Shown piece after piece: positions 9,676 to 19,828 of a stretch of DNA of 33,159 nucleotides. The DNA is from an uncultured Sphingobium sp. (GTDB lineage: Bacteria > Pseudomonadota > Alphaproteobacteria > Sphingomonadales > Sphingomonadaceae): NCBI GenBank assembly GCA_966244395.1, contig CBIMKI010000001.1:1-33159 (forward strand), read 5' to 3'. The position numbers were made by a program, and so were the translations under genes. Position 1 is the stretch's first letter; each line of letters begins with the position of its first letter. The notes beneath the pieces are model-generated. The model was given only the letters and a program-made list of their open reading frames with translations. It made no database searches and was not told where the DNA came from.

Positions 9676-12179
9676 ATGCTCCGCAACTATCTCGCCGCCG
9701 CGCTCGGCAATCTCGGCCGCAATTGGCTTTATGCCGGCATCACCATCCTCGGCCTGGCCGTCAGCTTCGCCGCCGCCGTCCTGATCGGCCTGTTCCTGCG
9801 TGACGAATACAGCTTCGATCGTTTCTTTCCCGACCATGAGCGCATCTACCGCATAGAGACGGAAATCCTTGCGCCGGGCAGCAAACCATGGCGTCTGGCG
9901 CAGACCGTCTCCACGGTCGGCCAGTATGCGAGGCTCGATTTTCCCGAGGCGGAGCATGTCGCCCGCGCCCTGCCCACCATGCTGCCGGTCCGCCGCGGCG
10001 CGGTTGAAACGCTGGAACTCATCCTCTGGTCCGATCCTGATTTCTTCAAGGTCCTGCGCTTCCCCATACTGGCGGGAAATCCCGATGCCGCGCTGGCGGC
10101 ACCGGACGGCATCGTGATTACCCAGCGCATCGCACGCAAATATTTCGGCGAGGATGCGCCCATCGGCAAGACCTTGTCGATCGGCTCGTCACAGGCTTTG
10201 CAAGGACCGCCAAACACGCAGCCCGAAGCGCTCGCGCTCCTCCAGGGCGTGCATCCGATGCGCGTCATGGCCGTATTGAAGGACATTCCCGCCAACAGCC
10301 ATTTGAGCGCCGAGATCTATGCGCCGGGTAGCGCCGCGCACTCGTTTCTGGCGTTCCAGGACAAGGTCCCCTCCCCCTTCTCCGTCAGCACGCTTACCTA
10401 TATGAAGCTGAAGCCTGGCATAACGGCCCAAAGCGTGCGCCAGCGGCTGAAGAGCTTCGCCGATCAACGCTACCCCAACCGCTACATGTGGTTCAAGCTG
10501 ATGCCACTGGCCGGACTGCACTTCAGTTCCTTCCAATATGGCAGTGCCGCATGCCCGGCCTGCTGCGTCCGCCCGGCGACAGCGCAGTCGACGCCGGCGT
10601 AGCGACCGTCGGCGTGCTCATCGTGCTCATCGCGACAATCAATTTCGTGACACTGATGACGGCCCGCGCGACACGGCGCGCCGTAGAGGTCGGCGTGCGC
10701 AAGGTCGTGGGCGCACGACGGCGCGATCTCATTCTCCAGTTCATGGGCGAAGCGTTCATCTATGTGGTGATCGCCATGCTGCTGGCTGTGGCGCTGGCTG
10801 AGGTGATGCTGCCGCATTTCAATGCCTTTCTGGGGCGCGATCTGACCTTTCCCTATCTCGCCGATCCTTTCGTGGCGGTCGCGATCGTCGGCGCCACGCT
10901 GCTCGCCGCCGTACTGGCCGGGCTCTATCCGGCGCTGCTGCTCTCCTCCTTTCGCCCGGCTGCGACTCTCAAGGGCGGGGCGACCCAGCCGGCCGGCTCC
11001 GCCGGCGTGCGTCAGGCACTGGTCGTGGTGCAGTTCGCCATCCTGATCGGCCTCATCGTGATGACGGGCACCATCTATCGGCAGACCGATTTCGCGCTGC
11101 ATGACGCCTTGCGGCTCGATAGCGAGGAAGTGCTGCTGATCCCGGCGGCCTGCCGTTCGCCCCTCGCGCAGGAGCTGGCACGCGAGCCCGGCATCAAGGC
11201 GATGTCCTGCGCCAGCGCGCCGGCGATCGGCAGCGCCAAATCCTCAACCATGGTCACTGTGCCCGACCGGCGCGCAATCGCGCTCCAGCACGCACCGATC
11301 GACGCCGGCTTCTTCGAATTGCATGGACTCAAGCCCCTCGCCGGCCGCTTCTTCTCGCGCAGGCAGGGCGCGGACATGATGCTGGACCGTCCCGGCCCGC
11401 CTTCGGCGGACGTGCAGCCGCCGATCGTCCTCAATGAGACCGGCGCGCGCCAGCTCGGTTTTGGCGATCCTCGGGATGCGGTCGGCAAGAACATCGCCTG
11501 GACCCGCTGGTCGGCGGCTACGACGCCGGGAGCCTTGCCGGCCGCCAGAGCCTCGCGCGTGATCGGCATCGTGCCCGATTTCACGCTGGGCTCGGTGCGC
11601 GAGCCGGTGCAGCCCGCGCTCTATTTCGTCGAGCCGAGCGCGGCGCCTCTCGTCGTCGCCAAGCTCGATGGCGCGAAGATCCCCGAGACGCTCGACGCCC
11701 TCGCGCGCATCTGGAAGCGCACCGAGCCCGGCCGGGCAGTGGACTATATCTTCGAGACCCAGGCCGTGCAGGAGCTTTACCGCGACGTCATCACCCAGGG
11801 CATCGCGCTCGCCATCTGCGCTGGCCTTGCCATCTGCATCGCGTGCCTCGGCCTGTTCGCGCTTGCAGCGTTCACCACCGAGCGGCGCACCAAGGAAATC
11901 GGCGTGCGCAAGGCAATGGGCGCGGAAACTTGGGACATCGTCCGATTGCTGCTGTGGCAATTCACCAAGCCCGTGCTGTGGGCCAATCTCATTGCATGGC
12001 CACTGGCGTTCTGGGCCATGGACCATTGGCTCAAGGGCTTTGCCTATCGCGTCGACCTCCCGCTCTGGCTGTTCGGCGCCGCAGCTGCCGGGGCCGTGGC
12101 CATTGCCTGGCTGACGGTCTCCGCGCATGCCGTGCTGGTCGCGCGCGCCAAACCGGTGGCCGCGCTGCGCTATGAGTAG
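9676..12179 (+). pseudogene. MacB/FtsX-family ABC permease split by a frameshift near 10540-10551
   Basis: ORF 9676-10602 gives the N-terminal TM and periplasmic domain. ORF 10488-12179 continues with INFVTL..RAVEVGVRKVVGA and RTKEIGVRKAMGA..ALRYE. The 2504-nt span is not a multiple of 3. Confidence 0.85.
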
Positions 12180-13062
12180 GATGAACGCGGCGAAAGCCAT
12201 CGCTCGCCTCGCCGGCATCGCGCTTTGCCTGCCCGGCCCGGCCATGGCACAAAATAGCGAAGCCGAAGAGATTATCGTCGAGGGCAAGGTTCTGCCGCCG
12301 ACACGCGGAGAGGTTGCGGATCAGGCTCGCATGCTGAGCGGCGCCAGCAAGAAATACGACGAAAATCTCGCCCGCTTTCAGATCCCGGTCTGTCCTGGCG
12401 TGATCGGCCTCAAGCGCGCACCGGCCGAAATGCTCGTGGAGCGCATTCGGTTCAACGCCAGGCGGCTTGGCGTCCCATTAGCGAAAGGCAACTGCTCACC
12501 TAATCTGATCGTCGCGCTTGTAGAGGTCGGGCAGGCTTTGCTTTCCGGTCTGGCACGACGACGGCCGGAGATGGCCAGCCTCATCCCGGCAGCAGAGCGC
12601 GATGCGATGCTGGGCGGACAGCAGCCGGTTCGCGTGTGGCGCAACATCATGACGATCGACGCTTATGGCCGGCCAATAGAGCGCTCACGCGACGGCAAAG
12701 AGCGACTGCCGAGCGTCTGGGGCTCACTCAACCGCTGGTTCGTCAAATTTCACCGAGACATCATCGCGTCGTTCATTGTCTTCGACCAGCAGGCCGTCAT
12801 GGGTATGACACTTGTGCAACTTGCCGACTATGCCACCATGCGCGGCCTTGCATCCATGCGTCCAGCCAACGGCGGCGAACCCATGGCGACGATCCTCGCG
12901 CTGTTTTCCAGCGAGGGCACCGGCGTCCCCGAACTGACGAGTTTCGACATCGGCTATCTGCGCAGCCTCTATTGGGAACGCCCCGATGAATCCGCGGTCA
13001 CCAAGCTGCTGCGCGTGAACCGTCAGGCCGAAAAGGCTCGGGCGGAAGAACTCAAGCGTTGA
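12172..13062 (+). CDS. Hypothetical exported protein
   Basis: ATG overlaps the permease stop; signal peptide ending AMA-Q, then EEIIVEG. Confidence 0.75.
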   Translation: MSRMNAAKAIARLAGIALCLPGPAMAQNSEAEEIIVEGKVLPPTRGEVADQARMLSGASKKYDENLARFQIPVCPGVIGLKRAPAEMLVERIRFNARRLGVPLAKGNCSPNLIVALVEVGQALLSGLARRRPEMASLIPAAERDAMLGGQQPVRVWRNIMTIDAYGRPIERSRDGKERLPSVWGSLNRWFVKFHRDIIASFIVFDQQAVMGMTLVQLADYATMRGLASMRPANGGEPMATILALFSSEGTGVPELTSFDIGYLRSLYWERPDESAVTKLLRVNRQAEKARAEELKR

Positions 13063-13523
13063 GTTTCCGTAGCAAGGTAGTGGGCACAGGTTTAGACGAA
13101 CACAAGTCTCCTCCCTACTGCACGCCTGTCGCATTTTCTGGGCGACAGGAACGGAGGGAGGCGGAGCTGGAGCGTCCCTCAAAAAGTTTCGGTCATGGCC
13201 CATGTTCGGCAGTAGGAGGCTCTCCTCTTGGAAAGCGCGCGCCTGGCCCCTCCGATTCGCACGGCCCGCCCATCGGAAATCGCAATGCATCAGTTCATTG
13301 CACATCACTTGCCATGGTGGCGTGCAACGCGATTGACGCGGCGCTGATCACACCATGGGCGACACGGCGCAGGAAAGAACCCTTCGCTCCGGCATAGGTA
13401 TCAACAATTGCAGCAGTGAAGGGCGTCCATCGGCGGGATGGATGGGGCTAACGCCCATGCACCGAATCTTAAGGTCCATGACCTCGCAGCGCGCCAAAAA
13501 GGTGCAAAAGCCGCTGTCCGGAA

Positions 13524-13543
13524 AGGAAATGGTGAAGCCGAGG
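13524..13543. repeat. Left att direct repeat (copy of the tRNA-Ala 3' end)
   Basis: 19/20 identity to 30012-30031. Confidence 0.85.
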
Positions 13544-13687
13544 TCCGTCTAACCTTTGATCGCGCACATGCGGACTGACCGGCATATCTAGAGAAACCAT
13601 CAATCTACGCTATCGACCGCTTGAACTCGTTCATTGCCGTTCGCCCTGAGCCGCGATACGGTGTGGGAACAACTGAGGGAACGCTCA

Positions 13688-14461
13688 ACGGGTGAACTGA
13701 CTGCAGCGCAAGTGAAGAGCGCGGGGCCGGGCAGGCATGGCGAGGGACTCTATCTACTCGTCAAGGAAGGCGATGCCCGTTCCTGGCTATTGCGTATTCA
13801 GGTTGACGGGATACGTCGCGATCTCGGCTTGGGCGCCGCCGACGTCTCCGACCGGTCTGCCGAAGCCAAGCGACTGGACGCGCAAGGCCCGATCCTTGAG
13901 CGACGCAAGCTCACCCTCGCCGAGGACGCAAGAAAGCGGAGCTGTATGCCAGAATGGTGAAATCCGGAATCGGTCCCGTCGCAGAGCGCAGCAAGGCTGT
14001 CCCTGTCATTCCTACGTTCGACCAAGCGGCTCGAGCTTGTCATGAAGAACTCAAGAAAGGCTGGCGCAACCAGAAGCACTCAGATTCATGGCTTGCCAGC
14101 CTCGAAAACCAAATCTCCGCTTCCTGCGGGAGCAAACCCGTTGACCAGATCGACAACATCTTGGTTCGCGATGCCCTATCGCCGATCTGGCTTGAATTCC
14201 CGAAACCGCTCGTCGCATCCTTCAGCGGGTTGGTGCCGTGCTCGACTTTGCGCATATCAAGGGCTGGCGGCAATTCCAAACCACTCTCAAATCGGTCCGC
14301 AAAGGCCTTCCTCGTCACCGCGGGACAATAATCACTTTGATGCCATGCCTTTCGAAAGCGTGCCTGCCTTTATGCAGTCGCTCCGAGAGCAAAGCCCGAC
14401 CGCAGGTCGAGATGCTCTGCAATTCACCATCCTGACCGCCGTCCGTTCGAATGAGCCCTAG
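13688..14461 (+). pseudogene. P4-like tyrosine integrase remnant (arm-binding DUF4102-type N-terminus), frameshifted and truncated
   Basis: LTAAQVKSAGPGRHGEGLYLLVK..RSWLLRIQVDGIRRDLGLG, PTFDQAARACH..WRNQKH and HFDAMPF..ALQFTILTAVRSNE lie in different frames. It stops right after the first catalytic Arg box, and the start codon appears to be ACG after GAGGGA. Confidence 0.88.
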
Positions 14462-14515
14462 TAACCCTTGTTCGCTCTGAATAAAGTCGAAGCCATGAAT
14501 CCGAACTACCCGCCA

Positions 14516-16180
14516 TTATCGCGGCGTCAGCAGGTTCGGATCGATGAACTGACGCGCGATGCCTGGTCCCTCGAAATAGGCGCCCAGCCATGCGCCGCCG
14601 CCGCCATTGAAGTATTCAACGCGGATCGCCTGCTTGCCTGACTCAAGCCGGGTGCTGCCGCTGGCGGTGATCACACCGTGATCGCCATCATTGTCCACCA
14701 CGGCCTTGCCATTGATATAGAGTTTGCTTCCATCGTCCGAAGCCAGCGAGAACCTATAGTTGCCCGCCTTGGCGATGTGGATGAAGCCCTCAAACACCAC
14801 AGCGACATTGTCCCTGCGCGGCAGGCTCAAACCATCAATGCTCAACTCGTAAGACGTGCCGAATGCGACGGACTTCAGTCGGGCGAAGTCCGGCAACCGC
14901 ACGGTGTCTTGAGGCAGCAGGTAGACCTGATAGCTAACGCCGCGCTCCGTGCCCCCATTCGGCTCCAGAATACGGAAATAGCCCGTCGCAGGTGCGCTGA
15001 CCGCCCGCCCCTCCACGAAAAGCGATGCTCGCACCACGGTGCTGTGCTTGATCTCGATCGGCCCGGTATAGAGTGGCGACGTCGCCGCAGGGGGCGTGCC
15101 GTCAAGCGTGTAGCGAACCTCCCCCACGCTGTTGGGTTTACGGATCGTCATCTGCGCCGGCCCCTTCACGAACAGCCCGCCAGAGGGCACATTGCCCTCT
15201 CCCTCCGGCCCAATCACCGGCGCGGCATAAGAGCTGCTCACACGATAGGCCTGAGCCGGTGCGGCCTCGCCTCTCAGCACGGACCGCACGGGCCGCCCCA
15301 GCCAGGCGTAGGGCGGTTCGACGCCAAGCAGCCAGGCGACCGTCGCGGTCGTATCATAAGTATTGATTGGCAGATCGAGCCGGGCGCCGGGATTGACGCC
15401 CTTGCCATAGACGACCCACGGGATCTCCAACTCGGCGAGCGTCTCACCGCCATGCCCCTTGCCGACCCCGCCATGATCTGAGGTGACGAGGATCACCGTT
15501 TCATCAGCGATGCCCGCATCGATCGTGGCCTGACGGATGCGGCCAATCATCTTGTCTGCCTGCGCCACCGCCGCATAATATTGCGGCGTGCCGTGGCCCT
15601 CGCCATGCCCGGCATGATCGACATTATCCAGATGCACGAACAGAAAATCAGGCTTCTTTGAGCGGATATAGTCGACCGCCAGCTTTGTGGCTTCTTCCTC
15701 GCTGGCGCCGTGCGCGTCATGGTCAACGAACCGACGATCATACAGGTTAGCGAAACCCTCCCACTCATAGATTGAGCCAACTTCCCAATCCGGTCGCTGA
15801 TCAGCGAGCAGTTGGAAAATGGACGGATAAAAGTTTCCGGACCCGATGACGGCGGTGGGAAAATTGAACTCACTGACGCGCCAGTCGTTACTCGTCACGC
15901 CATGCTGCTCAGGTCCCACGCCGGTGAGGATGGAGGCCCAGTTGGCAGAGCTGCTGGTGGGAAGCACGCCCCGCGCACTCAAGGTCCAGCTCCCCTGCTC
16001 CATCATGGTGTGCAAGTTAGGCATTTGCGCCTTCCGCACGCCGTCAGCGCTAAGCCCGTCCACGCCGATGACGATCACATGTCGGGCCCTTTGCCCGCTT
16101 TCCGCGCTGGCGGGGTTACTCCACAGTGTCGAAATGGTCAGCGTGAGGCACAGACAGACGCTGCGGATTCGACGAGACAT
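14516..16180 (-). CDS. Secreted alkaline-phosphatase-superfamily (NPP/phosphodiesterase-type) enzyme with Fn3/chitobiase-like and PA14 domains
   Basis: Signal peptide; VIVIGVDGL, LPTSSSANW, DHAGH and TSDHGG; VRYTLDGTPP..SPLYTGPI linker domain; FSLASDDGSKLYI..VDNDGDH PA14 motif; AGGAG RBS before ATG 16180. Confidence 0.88.
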   Translation of the reverse strand: MSRRIRSVCLCLTLTISTLWSNPASAESGQRARHVIVIGVDGLSADGVRKAQMPNLHTMMEQGSWTLSARGVLPTSSSANWASILTGVGPEQHGVTSNDWRVSEFNFPTAVIGSGNFYPSIFQLLADQRPDWEVGSIYEWEGFANLYDRRFVDHDAHGASEEEATKLAVDYIRSKKPDFLFVHLDNVDHAGHGEGHGTPQYYAAVAQADKMIGRIRQATIDAGIADETVILVTSDHGGVGKGHGGETLAELEIPWVVYGKGVNPGARLDLPINTYDTTATVAWLLGVEPPYAWLGRPVRSVLRGEAAPAQAYRVSSSYAAPVIGPEGEGNVPSGGLFVKGPAQMTIRKPNSVGEVRYTLDGTPPAATSPLYTGPIEIKHSTVVRASLFVEGRAVSAPATGYFRILEPNGGTERGVSYQVYLLPQDTVRLPDFARLKSVAFGTSYELSIDGLSLPRRDNVAVVFEGFIHIAKAGNYRFSLASDDGSKLYINGKAVVDNDGDHGVITASGSTRLESGKQAIRVEYFNGGGGAWLGAYFEGPGIARQFIDPNLLTPR

Positions 16181-16196
16181 TGAACGCTCCTGCGGA

Positions 16197-16243
16197 AACT
16201 GGTCTGTACCAATTACCCGCACAGCTTTTCAGTTTTGCGACAT
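16197..16243 (-). promoter_or_regulatory. Putative PhnR operator (16197-16214) with Pho-box-like repeat (16226-16243)
   Basis: AACTGGTCTGTACCAATT palindrome; minus strand reads ATGTCGC-AAAA-CTGAAAA, 10 nt, TAATTG. Confidence 0.7.
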
Positions 16244-17179
16244 GTCTGCGATCAGATGATGGAGGACGCGCTTTTCCAGAACGTGTAGCGCGCTCGCGCC
16301 ATTGGTGCGCATGATGAGTCCCTGCGCCAGCGGGATCCCTGCCTCGCGCAGGCGTGCGGCGAGGTGCTCAAAGTCCGCTCGCCCCCTGCCATTGATGCCA
16401 TGCAACGCACAAAGCTGCCGCCAGTCGAACAAGAAGCTTTCCAGCAGCGAGGAGAAGCGGGCCATCCGGGCCTGCGCTTCAACACCGTTTGCAGCGCAGT
16501 CCAGTTCCGCGCACAAATCCCCGATCAGCAACTGCACCTCGGCTGCCGGCATGATCGGCACTCGCTGGTTGCACTCGGTGAGCAGCCCGCCTTCCGTCGC
16601 CGGATTCCAGGCCAGCACCCGCCATTGTTCACGCGGCGGCGCATTCCCCGATGCAAGGCGCCAAAACGCCGCTGTGCCGGAAGTATCTGCCACCAGATGG
16701 ATGCGCGCCGTCGTCGCCTTGTTTTTCACATGATGGCGTCGCCAATTATCAAAGAGCCAAGCCTCGCCCGCTGCCATGTGCGCGCGCTGGCCATCGCAGT
16801 AAAAACTCACCTCTGGCGAGGTGAAGATCGGGACATGCAGCCGAACGCGCGTATGCCAATGATAGTTGATGTCGGCATGTTCAGGCACACCCGCCCCCGG
16901 CGCCAGTCGCATCAGGCGTGAGCGCCCCCAAACCACCCCAAAAGCCGCGAGCAACTGGCGCAGATAAGGCATCGCAGCGAGCCACTGCGTGGGCAGCATC
17001 TGGCCATGAACGCCGTCTGTTTCCTCACCGCCGGGCGTGATGAGGCGCGCGGCGCTGTTCCCGGCCAGCCCATCAGGATGTGCGACCCACGCCTCCGCCG
17101 GCAGCGCAGCCACCTCGGCCTGCAACCGCTCGACATCAAAAAGAATGGGCAGTTGAATGAAAGGTCGCGAAAGGCGCAC
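16229..17179 (-). CDS. Aspartyl/asparaginyl beta-hydroxylase-family Fe(II)/2OG dioxygenase
   Basis: RSRLMRLAPGAGVPEHAD (HxD), RLHVPI, GEAWLFDNWRRHHV, RIHLVAD. Confidence 0.85.
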   Translation of the reverse strand: MRLSRPFIQLPILFDVERLQAEVAALPAEAWVAHPDGLAGNSAARLITPGGEETDGVHGQMLPTQWLAAMPYLRQLLAAFGVVWGRSRLMRLAPGAGVPEHADINYHWHTRVRLHVPIFTSPEVSFYCDGQRAHMAAGEAWLFDNWRRHHVKNKATTARIHLVADTSGTAAFWRLASGNAPPREQWRVLAWNPATEGGLLTECNQRVPIMPAAEVQLLIGDLCAELDCAANGVEAQARMARFSSLLESFLFDWRQLCALHGINGRGRADFEHLAARLREAGIPLAQGLIMRTNGASALHVLEKRVLHHLIADMSQN

Positions 17180-17183
17180 GTCA

Positions 17184-19100
17184 TCAACTCCGGTAGCTGG
17201 TCAGCGCATCGCCGAGCCGCGCGCCCAAATCATTCAGCCAAGGCGCAAAACGGTGCCACTGGGCAAGACCGTCCCGGTTGATCGGCTGGCGCACCTGCTC
17301 GGAGCTGGGCGTGCGCACGCTGCGCCGGGCTTCATGAAAAGCCAGGCAGGCAGACTCGAAGGGCAAGCCGATATGCGCCAGCATCCGCCGCGTGCTTTCA
17401 TCCAGATTTGCGACGACATCCTCATAGTGGATACGCAGCACCCGCCCGGGGAGCACATCGTCCCAGTGCCGCATGAGATCGAGATAGAGCCGGTAATAGC
17501 GGGCAATATCCTCGATGCGATAGCTGAACTCCTGATTGGTCGTGCCGAAGAGCTGTTTGAAGTTGCTGAAACAGCAGGCCATCGGCTCGCGGCGGATATC
17601 GATGATCGTCGCGCGCGGCAGGATGAGGTGGATCAGGCCGACATGCCAGAAATTGTTCGGCATCTTGTCAATGAACAGGGACCGACCGAGGCGGCGATAG
17701 GCGCGGGTTTCCGCAAGGAAGCGCTCGCCAAGTGCGCGGGCATCTGTCTCTGTCAGGCGCTGCATGGCTTCCAGCGCGAGCGGCAGATCGCAGTCTGGGT
17801 CACGCCCGCACAGCTCATTGGCATAGCGACCGATTTCGACCAGTTCCTGCGTGCCTTCCACCTGAGAGTGGGAGGCGAGGATTTGCTCGATGAGCGTCGA
17901 GCCCGATCGGGGCAGGCCCAGAATGAAGATCGGTGCGACGTCATCCACGCCCCACGCTGATCGTGCCGCGAAGAAGTTGGCATGGAATTGATGCCTTACG
18001 CGCGCCGCGCAGGCGTCCGCTATCTCTGGTCTGTAGCGAGCGATGCGATGGCGCATTCGATTGCCGCGCTCATAATAGTCCCACGATCCGGCATAATCAC
18101 CTCGCTCCTCCAGCGCCTGCCCAAGAGCGAAGCAGAGATAGATACGGTCCATCTCCTGAGCATCTGGCCGCGCTTCAGCAGCACGCATCCGCGCGATTTC
18201 ATCATCGGTGAAGCGATAGGCTTTGAGATTGGCGAGGCTGAACCATGCCACACCATGATCCGGTCGCGCTGCCAGCGATGCGTGATAGCCCATCACTGCC
18301 TCCTGCTGTCGGCCGGTGACCTTCAGCGCATTCGCGCGCCACATCTGTAGATCCGCAATTTCGGCGGCTGCCAAAGCCGGGTTGGCCAGTAGCTTTGCGC
18401 ACAGGTCGATGACGGGTTCATGATCGCCCTGCGCGATGCAGGCGGCGCAATGTTGCTTCAGATAATCACGGTTGGCGGGTTCACGGGTGAGGAGAAGCCC
18501 TGTCTGGATTCGTGCCTGCTCATGCTTCTGCTGCTGCAAAAGGGCTGCCGCGAGATCGAACCTCGCGTCATGATAATCCGGCGCAAGGTGGACCGCGCGC
18601 TCCAGATGCACTTGCGCCTCGGCCAGTGCGCCGCGCTCCATGCAGATCCGCGCCAGCAACCGCAACGCGCCCGCATTTCCCTCGTCCTGCGCCAGATAGT
18701 CACGAACGATCTGCTCGGCGAGCGCCAGATCGCCATCGGCAAACAGGCTGTTCGCCAGCACCAGTGGCCTTGGCAATTGCTCCAATATTGCGAGATTGTG
18801 CGCTGCGGCCTCCGCCTGCGCTACGTCGCCGGATCTGCGATAGAGCTGCTCGAGCATGTTCCAGCTCGCAGGCATCGTCGGATTGAGGCGCACGGCCTCC
18901 CGCAGCGCCGCTATCGCGGCCGGGGCATCGCCGAGCAATATGTGGCATTGGCCGCTCTCATGATAGGCACGGCTGAAGCCGGGATGCAGGGACCGGAGCC
19001 GGGCCAGCACGACGAGCGCTTGCGCCGCCCGCTTCTCTGCTCGCAGCGCCCTTGCCTGCTGGAGCAGCGCCTCGCGCTCATCAGGCTGAGGCGCCATCAT
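17184..19100 (-). CDS. TPR-containing sulfotransferase-family protein
   Basis: N-terminal TPR repeats; PAPS-loop IFILGLPRSGSTLIEQILASH, FIDKMPNN, VRTPSSEQVRQPI. Confidence 0.9.
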   Translation of the reverse strand: MMAPQPDEREALLQQARALRAEKRAAQALVVLARLRSLHPGFSRAYHESGQCHILLGDAPAAIAALREAVRLNPTMPASWNMLEQLYRRSGDVAQAEAAAHNLAILEQLPRPLVLANSLFADGDLALAEQIVRDYLAQDEGNAGALRLLARICMERGALAEAQVHLERAVHLAPDYHDARFDLAAALLQQQKHEQARIQTGLLLTREPANRDYLKQHCAACIAQGDHEPVIDLCAKLLANPALAAAEIADLQMWRANALKVTGRQQEAVMGYHASLAARPDHGVAWFSLANLKAYRFTDDEIARMRAAEARPDAQEMDRIYLCFALGQALEERGDYAGSWDYYERGNRMRHRIARYRPEIADACAARVRHQFHANFFAARSAWGVDDVAPIFILGLPRSGSTLIEQILASHSQVEGTQELVEIGRYANELCGRDPDCDLPLALEAMQRLTETDARALGERFLAETRAYRRLGRSLFIDKMPNNFWHVGLIHLILPRATIIDIRREPMACCFSNFKQLFGTTNQEFSYRIEDIARYYRLYLDLMRHWDDVLPGRVLRIHYEDVVANLDESTRRMLAHIGLPFESACLAFHEARRSVRTPSSEQVRQPINRDGLAQWHRFAPWLNDLGARLGDALTSYRS

Positions 19101-19768
19101 CAGCCGCGCGCCTCCGCCGCGAGGCTGGCGTTGCCTGCATCGTCAAAGCTGTAGCTGAACAACTCCAGATCCTGCGCGTAACGCGCGGCGACGGCATCGA
19201 TCAGTTCGCGATTATAGTAATGACGATAATCCCCGTGTCTGCTGCCGTTCACCCGTTCCAGAAGGCACGGACGGATGCCGATCTGCCCGCAGATCGCATC
19301 ATAGGAATGCTGCATGTCCTCGACCCGGCCAATGCCGTTCACAAGCAAGGTCTTGCCGTCCTCATCGACCAGCAACGAGGCTTGAGACTGGAACAGGATG
19401 TGCTGCTCCGGCGGATCGCGGAACAGGAAGTGGCGCATCACATCCTGCGGCCGATCCCGAAACACGTCGCCGCCACGCAGCATGAAGGCGCAGTAGGAGA
19501 TGAAGCGATCGAACGGGTTACGGACAAAGGCGAACTTGAAGTAGCTGTCAAAGAGTTGCGCCCCCAAAAACGGACGCACCTGCCGGAGCGCGAGATGCCC
19601 GTGCCGGATCACGGCAAGATCGGGCCATAGGAAGCGCTTATCCACGAACAGACTCACCTGCTCGACGTCTTCCTCTCCCATCTGCTCCCGCAGCGCCCGG
19701 CGCACGCTATGAGTGCCGGTCTTGGGTACGGCGGCGAAGATGAACCGATGGGCGTGAGAGATGATCAT
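19100..19768 (-). CDS. Sulfotransferase family 2 domain protein
   Basis: MIISHAHRFIFAAVPKTGTHS and FKFAFVRNPFDRFISY; stop overlaps the next gene's ATG. Confidence 0.88.
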   Translation of the reverse strand: MIISHAHRFIFAAVPKTGTHSVRRALREQMGEEDVEQVSLFVDKRFLWPDLAVIRHGHLALRQVRPFLGAQLFDSYFKFAFVRNPFDRFISYCAFMLRGGDVFRDRPQDVMRHFLFRDPPEQHILFQSQASLLVDEDGKTLLVNGIGRVEDMQHSYDAICGQIGIRPCLLERVNGSRHGDYRHYYNRELIDAVAARYAQDLELFSYSFDDAGNASLAAEARG

Positions 19769-19788
19769 ATTCAGTCCCGCAAGGGAAA

Positions 19789-19818
19789 TCCCCCTTCCAC
19801 CCAAAGGCGGAAGGGGGA
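19789..19818 (-). terminator. Strong intercistronic stem-loop after the TonB-dependent receptor gene
   Basis: Minus strand UCCCCCUUCCGCC-UUUG-GGUGGAAGGGGGA; 13-bp stem including a G-U pair that forms only on this strand; no U-tract. Confidence 0.65.
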
Positions 19819-19828
19819 GGGATGATCT

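Noticed and set aside
13063-13523. Short ORFs or a possible ncRNA left of the att repeat, and a possible second tandem island covering the exporter region
   Set aside because: No convincing RBS, motif or structure, and I found no further att copy to the left.
14516-16180. Calling this gene phnA (phosphonoacetate hydrolase) or a formylglycine-type phosphonate monoester hydrolase
   Set aside because: It has a signal peptide and extra PA14 domain unlike cytoplasmic PhnA, and lacks the CxPxR motif.
16229-19828. Sulfated RiPP (RaxX-like) biosynthetic cluster
   Set aside because: No precursor-peptide ORF or peptidase-ABC exporter nearby; the intergenic gaps are too small to hold one.
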